A DNA stretch of 64,000 nucleotides from a cyanobacterium endosymbiont of Rhopalodia gibba (GTDB lineage Bacteria > Cyanobacteriota > Cyanobacteriia > Cyanobacteriales > Microcystaceae): contig CP067995.1 in assembly GCA_045159875.1 (NCBI GenBank), positions 2,784,001-2,848,000 on the forward strand. Direction: 5' to 3'. How positions within the stretch are numbered: the first letter of the stretch is position 1; each line of letters begins with the position of its first letter. The notes under the pieces are model-generated. The model saw nothing but the letters and a program-made list of their open reading frames with translations, had not been told where the DNA came from and did not search any database. A program made the position numbers and the translations under genes. This document shows, piece after piece, positions 54,915 through 64,000 of this stretch.

Positions 54915-55370
54915 TGATAATTATTTTTTTACTGAAGTAGATCTTAACATTTTTATTAACTATATACAATTCATTCTAAGTTTAAAACTCAATTTTTTTT
55001 TAGGTTTTATCTTCTAAATTTTATTTTTTAGGATCGTAGCAATTCACTTAAAGATTAATATTTAATCGAAAAGACTTTCATGGTTAATTCTATTGAAAAA
55101 TCAACCCTAATCAATAATAAAAATACTCAATATTTTTTATTATTTTGTAAATATTTTTTGTTATATTAAATATATTCATAGGTATGAATAGACTTTTAAA
55201 AGTAAATTATTTTGTGCCTTTTATCCACTTTTTATTAAGATAAAGACTATTATCTTTTTAAAAAAATTTAAAAAGATAAGTAAAAGCTAATTTTTTTAAA
55301 AGTTTATTTGACATCAGAATTTTTTAGAATTATGAACTACTAATTTTTAAAATTTAGTGTAAAAAAACAA

Positions 55371-55409
55371 ATAAAGAGTATTTATCTAAAGCAAATAAAT
55401 ACTCTTTAT
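55371..55409. repeat. Perfect inverted repeat, 15-bp arms, 9-nt spacer
   Basis: ataaagagtatttat-ctaaagcaa-ataaatactctttat. Confidence 0.8.
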
Positions 55410-55474
55410 GTTGAACTAATTAATTAAGACAAACTTTATTTAATTAGTTTTATATAAACATATTTGTCCTAAAT

Positions 55475-55740
55475 ATCTTTCTTGCAATTTTATATACTTT
55501 TACTTAGTATTATTATCTTTCTTTAAGATTAAATTTAAAACTCTAATTTACTAGAAAAAAATTATATTTTTTTCTTATTCTTCTAGTTTTACTTCAATTA
55601 AACCATTGTTTTGCCATATTCTTCAGCTTATCTCTTCCTAAGAGATGACTCAATTATTGTCCTGACTTTTATCCTGTGCCATTTTCAGCTCTCTTTTCTA
55701 ACCTTACAGATTCTTCCGAAGGTTAATTTTACTTTTCTAT
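55475..55740 (-). repeat. Left arm of a perfect 266-bp inverted repeat
   Basis: Exact reverse complement of 56621-56886, checked block by block. Confidence 0.98.
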
Positions 55741-55787
55741 CAATTATTTTAAGCAGATAAATACTCTAACAAGAGCAAAAATTTAGC

Positions 55788-55833
55788 TAGAAATGATTAC
55801 ATAGAACTTTTAGAAATGATTACATAGAACTTT
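55788..55833 (+). repeat. 23-bp tandem duplication
   Basis: tagaaatgattacatagaacttt x2. Confidence 0.95.
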
Positions 55834-55959
55834 TCATACATTGAGATCTTATCTGGTTAATAAATACTTTAAAAGTTAAATTTATATTAAGAAAATAATT
55901 TTCAGGAGAGTAATTGATTTAAGATACTTGTCTAAGTAAAGGAGTTTTTGGAGACCAAA

Positions 55960-56145
55960 ATGGAAGAAATGAACTTAGGCGACGTACTACGTTGGACTCC
56001 CGGAGCTAAGAGAAAATTAGGAAATGTTCCTTTTTTTGTGCGAACTCAAGCCCGTCAACGCATTGAGGCGTTCGCCAGGAAGATTGGTTCTCATAATGTT
56101 ACGGTTGAAATAGTCGAACAGGTTCGGTTAGAATCTGGACAGTGA
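55960..56145 (+). CDS. PCP_red-domain small protein (ChlB C-terminal-like)
   Basis: WTPGAKRKLGNVPFFVRTQARQRIEAFAR....VTVEIVEQ. Confidence 0.85.
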   Translation: MEEMNLGDVLRWTPGAKRKLGNVPFFVRTQARQRIEAFARKIGSHNVTVEIVEQVRLESGQ

Positions 56146-56235
56146 TGTTTCTAAAAGACTTAAAACACTTCTTTTTTGAAAAGACTGTTTGTCAAGTGTA
56201 TCTTGAAACAGTTGTAGAATGTGTTTAAGTCACAC

Positions 56236-57323
56236 TAAGTAGGTAATCTTAAAGCAGTCTTAAATACAAGAGTGCTTTAACGAAAGTGATTGCTAGATAC
56301 TAGTCAGCCTAGGAATTAAACTAATACAATTAGAAAAACAGAAACTATCAAAGTTGACTCATGACACAGAAATTTTCTCCGGAAGGAGAATAAGAGTAGA
56401 AATATTGCATTCAAATGCAAGTTAGGTGAATTTATCAGAAAATATATTTATAAAAATAATTTCTAGATGAAATATTTCAGGGAGCAGAATGATTATGGGA
56501 CTCACCGAAAAAAAGAACAAAGAACTTGGAATGAGGAAGATGTCAAAAATCTTGAAGAGTTCTCAGGAAAGAATGAAACGACTTAATAATAGTCAGCCCT
56601 GATTTGAGGTTTTGGAAAAAATAGAAAAGTAAAATTAACCTTCGGAAGAATCTGTAAGGTTAGAAAAGAGAGCTGAAAATGGCACAGGATAAAAGTCAGG
56701 ACAATAATTGAGTCATCTCTTAGGAAGAGATAAGCTGAAGAATATGGCAAAACAATGGTTTAATTGAAGTAAAACTAGAAGAATAAGAAAAAAATATAAT
56801 TTTTTTCTAGTAAATTAGAGTTTTAAATTTAATCTTAAAGAAAGATAATAATACTAAGTAAAAGTATATAAAATTGCAAGAAAGATGTTTAAAAATAGAT
56901 ATAATTATACCAAAGTAGCCAAACAAAGTCTTTCTTAAATAAATTCTTTTAAAAAATTCAATTAAAGCAGTATAAGTCTAACTCTAATTATTTAGGCATA
57001 AAGTCTAATACAATTTGTCTTTTATGTTTATTGATAGCCGTCTACTTACACATTCAAAAACAATTAGAGTGGTCAGATTCCTTTATTTATAATAAAAAAT
57101 CTATAGGTTTAACAGGGAAATAAAAATATTATTAAACTTAATATATAGAATTAACTAGCAATATTTTAAGTCAAAAAACTTGTAAGTTAAAAATAAATGA
57201 AAGTTTCTAAATCCACAAGCTATTGTCTTAATCAACTTCAATCTATTATTAGTATTTTATACTTTACTTTAAATCATTTATTAATAAATACAGATAATAA
57301 TCTCTTAGATATACACCTACTTT
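56236..57323 (+). mobile_element. Decayed IS630-family element
   Basis: TAAGTAGGT left end homologous to 48553(-) and 60317; broken HTH region reads LWDSP..RTWNEEDVKNLEE..NRKVKLTFGRICKV..KWHR; candidate right end ATATACACCTACTT near 57310-57322. Confidence 0.6.
56621..56886 (+). repeat. Right arm of the 266-bp inverted repeat (inside the IS630 relic)
   Basis: Exact reverse complement of 55475-55740. Confidence 0.98.
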
Positions 57324-58218
57324 TCATATTTTTCTTTGTAAAGTAGATTAGTTTTTTATTCTAATTAACTATTTCTAATAATTACAATACTTAGCCTGGT
57401 TTTCTCTTAAAAAACATGAATTACTCTCTTAATTTATATTTTTAAAAAAAATTAGTAAGGTTTTATCCACATAGTTTAATTCAGCTTTTTATTCTTCAGA
57501 TGAAATTTTCTTCATTTTTAAGTAAAAAATATTTATTGTTGTTTAACATCAATATTTTTTACAAAAAGTATTTTTATCTGCTTAATCTATTGATTATTAT
57601 CTTTTTAATTAGATAATCAAAGTTTAATTTTTAGAACAAGATAAAAATATCTAATATTTTTTTACATTAATTTTCTTATAATATTTAGTCTTTTTTGTGA
57701 AAAGCAATTTTTACTAGGTATTAGCTATTTTGTCTTCTATTTTTTTGATATCTATAATTATTTTACTTACTTTTTTCTGGTTTAAGAGGTGATAATAAGC
57801 GATAGTGAAATCTACTGAATTTAGGATTTTATTTGTTAAAGTAAGTTGAAAAATTGTTATGCTCCTTAATAAGTATATTTCCGACTAAAAATTTTATCTT
57901 TAATTTATTTAAAAATAATGGGGCTTGTTTTATTTTTTAAAAATATTTGTACCCTGGTTCAATGTTATTTAACAATCTAAAATCATCGCCGATAAATTTA
58001 GATTGTTAAGAGCTTTTAGGTTTAATTAACAAGTAAAGGAAGTTAAGTAAAATCTATCTAGTAACCGTCGTTATTAGATAGATTATTAGCGATTATCTTA
58101 ACCAATTATTTCAGACTCTATAAATTACCTCAAACTTATACGTAATTTTCAATTTCTTAAGAGAGTATGTCAATGTTGTATCCATCTATGTGCTCTATAA
58201 TTTAACTTCTGTAATGTA

Positions 58219-58957
58219 GTCAAGCTTTTTGTTGACTACCCCCTGAACTAACCCCTCCCAATAATTTACCTGAATGTGCCGTCGTGATTGATGTTTTGCG
58301 GGCAACAACTACGATAGCCACTGCCTTAAATACTGGTGCAGAAGCAGTACAAGTGTTTAGTGACATTGATAACTTGAAAAAAGCCAGTGATTGCTGATTG
58401 CTGGCTCTCAGGAAAAAGTCTTCTCGCTGCCGAAAGAGGAGGAGTTCAAATAGAAGGGTTCGATCTAGATAATTCTCCACTCGTTTGTACCCCTGAAATA
58501 GTAAGGGATAAGCGGCTATTTTGACTACCACTAACGGCACTCGTGCTTTACAAAAGGTGAAAAACTTGACTACTGTAATCACCTCTGCTATGGTTAACCG
58601 TCAAGCAAGCGTGCGCTATTTGTTAGGTTTTCAACCAGAAACCATTGGTTTAGTTGGATCAGGATGGCAGGAAGGTTATTCTATCGAAGATACGATGTGT
58701 GCCTGAGCAATTGCCCAAGCTTTATTGTCGGCCAATGTCATACACTGTAGGGTGTAGGGAACGATGAAGTGCTTGCCGCAGTCACCCTTTATACCCAATG
58801 GCAAAAGAATTTACTTGAACTATTTCGTCAAGCAAGTCATGGTCAGCGATTACTAAGATAAAATCATGAGAAAGATTTAATGTACTGTGCTAAAAGCGAT
58901 GTTATGGAGGTGTTTCCAATTCAAAAAGAACCGGGCGGTTTAGTAAAATCATCCTAG
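58219..58957 (+). pseudogene. comB: 2-phosphosulfolactate phosphatase pseudogene
   Basis: [62 protein letters not shown] at the start position, frameshifts and stops. Confidence 0.92.
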
Positions 58958-60316
58958 TTATTTCTGTGAAATAAGGGAAATAATTAATTTTTAAGAAGTT
59001 AGTGATTGAGATCAAGTCAAGTTAATGTAACTGAGTTTAAAGACACTCTAAAATCTAAATTGGTGGGAAGAGTTCATATATATCGCTTTATTGTGGCTAG
59101 AGCGGATAATTTCTTCCATTGGGTTATTAACATGGGACATAGCATAGCTCATCATGGGAGAATTTTCGTCCAGAAAAAAAAATTTTAAAATCAGTCCACT
59201 CCTATGATTGCTTGGTAGAGGATAGGACAATTGCTCTCAAACATGATTTAAAACTAGTTTTAATTACTACTATTCACGCCACAGAATATAGCCGCAATGA
59301 TAGTTTACATATAGAAAGTAAACACTATATTGCCAACTAAGAAGAAAATTATTATTGACAACACTTAACGGGTAATTATTCATAATATCATATGCGCCAA
59401 GAATTACAATATTTTTTATTCTCTTTGGGATAAAGTTAATATTATTTTCAATATTATTCGCCCTAAAAAGAAATAAAAATATCCTAAATTTTATCATTTA
59501 AATTTTCGGTATAATTTTACTAATGGTAATAAAAAGGTTATTTATGATGCGGGTTTAATTGTTTATAAAAAAGTAATTACTGTCTTAATTAAATACGGCA
59601 AAAAAAGTGCTTTATAAACTACGAAATTATGCAAAATTAGTCATCATTGATAGCAATAATACTGATAATTTGCCAATCTCAGCTGAGCAGCTAGAAATTG
59701 TGAATAAATGTAATTTTACTAGGGTCATATCTGATAAGAATTTAGATAAATTTAAAACTGGTTTTGATTGTGCACGGTTTCCTAGCTTGGATTAATCTTT
59801 TAGCATTTTTTCTGTTTTTTTGTGCTTAAAGTCTCTGTTTTAGTTTCGGAGCCAGAAGGACAACCAGAGGTAGTTTTTTATCTAAACACTGGTATCATCT
59901 CTCATGTTAATAACTCTGATTGTTTAGTATCAGCAATTTTATGTTATTTGATAAATTCTGATTATAGTCAATAGTTAATTGATAGTATTTATGAAGACTT
60001 ATGAAATTATTTTAGTTAATTAAAACTAGTCTAGAAGACTAGAAAAGTCTATTAATCGCTAAAAAACGATTAACTACTTGGAATTAATAGTTAATAGAAT
60101 GACAACAAAAAATTTATGATTTTTTTAAAAAATAGAGATATTAGTAGATAGATATAACAAAAGCCAATGAACTTTTCTTCTTTAATCAAGTAACTTAAAA
60201 TATATGTTCAAATAGAAAACAATATTTTTTTTTAAAAAAAACTAAATTTTTAACATAAATTCTATTAATATAGATTCTATCAATAGATTTTAAACCAATA
60301 GATATTAGTTTTAGAG

Positions 60317-60460
60317 TAAGTAGGTGGGCTTTAAAAAGTCTAAAAAAGTAAAGCAGTTAAAAACTAGTAGTTGCTTGATTTCAATCTGTCTAAAAATTTA
60401 GCTAACACAATCGAAAGACTAAGAACTGTCAAAGTTGGATCACTCCCCAGAATTACTTTT
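60317..60460 (+). mobile_element. Left end of a third IS630 relic
   Basis: Aligns by eye with 56236-56375 (TAAGTAGGT...TTGCT.GAT...CTAA.ACAAT...AACT.TCAAAGTTG). Confidence 0.6.
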
Positions 60461-60625
60461 AGTTTTTTTAAAAAACATAAATTTTATATTTAAATATAAT
60501 AGATTTATCTTTTATAGCTATAAAAGAAGGATAAACAAAAAAGTAAAATCATTACATGTAAATTTTACTTTTTTATTTATCAATTATTCAAGAAAATTCA
60601 AGGAAGTAGTTCTATAAAATTCTAG

Positions 60626-61855
60626 TTATAAAGGTAAAGATCTTTCATTAAATATTTTCCAACATTCTTGAGCGATTGCCCAATCTTCTTCGGTATGAAT
60701 AATGAGAATCCTGACAGTTGAATCATCGGTTGCAATATCGGTATCTACTGGAAAATTATTGTTTTTTTTAGGGTCTAATTTCAATCCTATAAATCCAAAG
60801 GCTTCACAAGTTTTTTCACGGACAATAGCTGAATTTTCCCCTACTCCTGCGGTAAAAACTAATGTATCTAATCCCCCTAAACTGGCTAGCATTGCTCCTA
60901 AGTGTAATTGCAGACGATGAATATACATATCAAAAGCTAATTGTGCGCGGGGATTCCCTTCATTAACTGCTTGAATAATAGATCGCAGATCAGCAGAAAT
61001 ACCTGAGACTCCTTGAAACCCTGATTCTTTATTCAACATAGTATTTAATTGATTAGCTGTAAAGTTATATTTACGTATTAAATGAATTAAAATAGCAGGA
61101 TCAATAGAACCACTACGAGTTCCCATCATTAATCCTTCAAGTGGAGTAAATCCCATTGTTGTATCAATACTAATTCCATTCTTGATAGCTGCTAAAGAAC
61201 AACCATTTCCTAAATGACAGGTAATTAATTTTAAAGATGTTAGGGATTTATTTAAAATTTCAGATGTTTTTTCGGCACAATATTTGTGACTAATTCCATG
61301 AAAACCATAACGACGAATACCCTTTTCTAACCATTCATAAGGAATAGGATAAGCTGCTGATTTTAGTGGTATACGACAATGGAAGGCGGTGTCAAATACT
61401 GCTACTTGTGGAACATTTCCTAATACCTCTTCAATAGCTTGTATCCCATTAATCTGCGACGGATTATGGGTTGGGGCTAGTGGAATTAAGCGGGTAATTG
61501 CCGCTTTTACATCCGGAGTAATTAAAGTTGCTTTAGAATAGTCTGTGCCCCCATGAACCACCCGATGACCGACAATATTAATTTCTGAAAAATTTTTAAT
61601 TACTCTTGTTTTTCCTTGAATTAAGGTATTAAGCATTTGGGGTATTCCTTTATACAGATGGTTATAGTTTAGAACATTGGTTTTCCTAGTTCCATTAGCT
61701 TTAACCGTTAAAATACCTTGATGTTTAGCTACTGTCCAATCAATATTAGCCTTCCAAATGGGTTCTATAGAATGTTTAGGTAAATGATTATTAGTTAAGT
61801 TATATAAGCAACTTTTTTGACTACTTGAACCTGCATTAATGATTAAGATTTTCAT
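60626..61855 (-). CDS. ackA: Acetate kinase
   Basis: INAGSSS, GHRVVHGG, VFDTAFH, RRYGFHG, CHLGNG, MGFTPLEG..MGTRSG, FTAGVGEN. Confidence 0.97.
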   Translation of the reverse strand: MKILIINAGSSSQKSCLYNLTNNHLPKHSIEPIWKANIDWTVAKHQGILTVKANGTRKTNVLNYNHLYKGIPQMLNTLIQGKTRVIKNFSEINIVGHRVVHGGTDYSKATLITPDVKAAITRLIPLAPTHNPSQINGIQAIEEVLGNVPQVAVFDTAFHCRIPLKSAAYPIPYEWLEKGIRRYGFHGISHKYCAEKTSEILNKSLTSLKLITCHLGNGCSLAAIKNGISIDTTMGFTPLEGLMMGTRSGSIDPAILIHLIRKYNFTANQLNTMLNKESGFQGVSGISADLRSIIQAVNEGNPRAQLAFDMYIHRLQLHLGAMLASLGGLDTLVFTAGVGENSAIVREKTCEAFGFIGLKLDPKKNNNFPVDTDIATDDSTVRILIIHTEEDWAIAQECWKIFNERSLPL

Positions 61856-62742
61856 AGCTAATTTATTTATTAAATCTGATATTATTTTGTTTTTATCAGA
61901 GTTGTACTATGTTAAATTAAGTGGACAGGACATTCAGAGTTTAATCTTTATAGGCAGTATAATCCCAGAGACTATATTTCCCTCATTTAATACTGCATTG
62001 GGAGAATATTGAGCAATACAATATTAACGAGAGGCAGATACTTGATAGTTACAACAATAATCAATTAACTAACTTAAATTAACTCTATTATTTCGATATT
62101 CTTCTATATTAGCATTGAGAATCTCTAAATTGTTAGTTTCAGAATAAAATTCTATGACAAAGTATAGTGGTAAATCAAAAAAAATATTTTTTCTTCACCC
62201 CATCTCAAAGGCTAATAATTATTAGCTATAAATGCAGTTTCATAGGAAGAAAACTTACTGTTAGGCAGTTTAAGCAATGTATGAAAACTAGAAATATCTC
62301 CTCATTTGTTATAAGAAAAAAATGAGGCAGATGCTTGAAATTATCAATTTTTTAATATTTTTTCTTATGTGTCCCTATATGTCGTTGTTAATTAAATTAG
62401 ATTAATCTTTTATTGATCTTCAAATTATTGGGAAATAAATAATATTAAATTCTTATGAAAATTAGCTAAATTTACATCATCTTATCCCAGTAAATTAATA
62501 AAAAATATGGAAAAAATTAGATTTTAAAGAGATTTAAATCAGTTATAGCTAAAATTTAATCTAAGTTTTTTACTCTCTATTCTTTCGGCTAACTAGTTAA
62601 TTTTTAGATTATGACTCTTATACTATACTATAGAATTTATATAGAGTGAAAATATCCTTTTCTTTGTTGTAGTAAATTGTTTGTATTTTTTAATTTATAA
62701 ATTTACTTTTTATCTATTTATTCTTTATCTACTTATTTTTTA

Positions 62743-63069
62743 TCATTCTTTACTATGCTTGAATTTAGCATGAGCTATTTTAAGTTTTAAAAACCCTCCT
62801 AATCCTGCCATTACTAAGAAAAAAAGAACAGTAATAGATTGGGGAACAGCCAAAGAAATAATTGAATTTTGCACCTCTAAAATATTCTGAGCCCTTGATG
62901 GGACAGGCTGTTTTAAAATTAACTTTACAGGAGTAGTTTTTAAATTATTGTGAGTTTCAGCTTGATTAAAATTAGTATAACCATCAACACTGAATGTTAA
63001 AGAATTTCTTATGGTTAAAACAAGAGTAGCAGCGGAAGTTGCTACCACGAATCTATTAATTACAGTCAT
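62743..63069 (-). CDS. Small secreted protein with a degenerate PEP-CTERM-like anchor
   Basis: Signal-peptide-like N-terminus; C-terminal AVPQS + TM helix + basic tail (KLKIAHAKFKHSK). Confidence 0.55.
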   Translation of the reverse strand: MTVINRFVVATSAATLVLTIRNSLTFSVDGYTNFNQAETHNNLKTTPVKLILKQPVPSRAQNILEVQNSIISLAVPQSITVLFFLVMAGLGGFLKLKIAHAKFKHSKE

Positions 63070-63365
63070 TTGTGTAAAAATCTTAACAAGTATAAAGTAT
63101 CTTGGCGGACATTATATATGATTGTTTAAATACTTTTTATTTTTTAATGTAAATTTTATATTTTACTCACTTAAGTAAATATGTATTAATAGTTTCAATA
63201 TCTGAAAGCTATTCTCTTAATACTGAAACAATATTTGGACTTTGTATTTTTACAAAACTCAAATTTTTGTGCTGAATCTATCTTGATGATTAAAATTTAT
63301 TAAGTTATTTTTTGAACTACAAATAGAACAACATCTATACTAAAAGACAGAAGTAGATTATCGGT

Positions 63366-64000
63366 TTGTCTATGTTTATTTCAAAGGACTTAACTCGTCA
63401 TGGACTAAAAGTGAGTATACTCACTGGACTGAGTAGTTTATTCTTACCCAGTTCCATCCTAGCCCAAACTAACTTGGACAACTTAATGGTTGAATTTTGT
63501 CAAAAGTCTATTGAAATAAAAGTAGCAGCCACTGAAGATCTAAAAAGATGGGTAGAAATATCTTCTGACACCGCAGAGTGATTGCCGATTTCTAAGACAG
63601 AGCATAAAATTAAGGGAGCAGCACGTTTACGTTCTGGGAATAATTGGCAATCCCTTACCTATAACTGTTTAGTTGACGGGAGTGAAAAACTCCTAACTCA
63701 AGTCAACTACAACTTAGATAAAAACGGACCCTGACTAAGCTAAGTATCCAATCATGTCAAGAAGAACTGTGAGCAACTGTTAAACGAGATATGAATGGTT
63801 CGGTGTAATTTAAAGATAGCCTGGAAACTTATTGTGTGTCCAGCAACGAAGAAGAAGTCAGATGGGCTTTTATGGTCAAAGAGACTCAGAATAGATTACA
63901 ACGAAATCATTATTTTAATTGTAAATTCAATCTTCGGGAAAGACGGGTAACAAAACTTATTTATAGTCTTGACAGTAGCAACCGCCCCACCGCCAGTGAT
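63366..64000 (+). pseudogene. Secreted protein with repeated two-Cys domains, interrupted by stops; runs off the window
   Basis: Signal-like N-terminus; frame continues past TGA 63579 (LPISKTEHKIKG...YNC); a second unit SCQEEL...HYFNC has further stops. Confidence 0.5.

Noticed and set aside
55475..56886. Composite transposon with long terminal inverted repeats
   Set aside because: The arms are an internal transposase fragment without IS termini; no target duplication or intact transposase seen
58220..60920. ORFs 58220(-), 59006, 59048, 59270, 59607, 60435, 60702
   Set aside because: Antisense to comB/ackA or low-complexity AT-rich frames with no recognisable motif
63579..63581. TGA recoding (Sec/Trp read-through)
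   Set aside because: Further TAA/TGA stops and a frameshift follow; intact genes such as tatC use TGA as a normal stop

Overview
AT-rich cyanobacterial DNA (petF, bvdR, DUF3146, PCP_red, HIP1 octamers, At5g03900-like gene) with many pseudogenes and long AT-rich intergenic deserts. This pattern fits a genome-reducing endosymbiont of the Crocosphaera/Cyanothece/Rippkaea group, such as a rhopalodiacean diatom spheroid body (inference, not proven). Intact housekeeping genes include ispD, tatC, HIT, iscA-TPR-M48-tRNA-Leu(CAA), bvdR, petF, a DinG-like helicase and ackA. Decayed genes include 5-oxoprolinase, an ABC1 kinase, a methyltransferase, an RTX protein, comB and three IS630 relics. The centre (20.4-46.8 kb) is an almost intact ~26 kb surface-glycosylation cluster. 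It has six GT-C-like membrane proteins (two share an unrecognised N-terminal membrane module), a GtrB-like polyprenyl-phosphate glycosyltransferase, an FAD oxidoreductase, three intact methyltransferases and two large multidomain GTs. Other notable structure: a perfect 266-bp inverted duplication (55475-55740 / 56621-56886) enclosing an 880-bp segment, seven sequence-unrelated perfect hairpins with 18-22 bp arms, a tRNA gene overlapped by a CDS, and biased HIP1 erosion. All family assignments are by-eye motif recognition; no searches were run.
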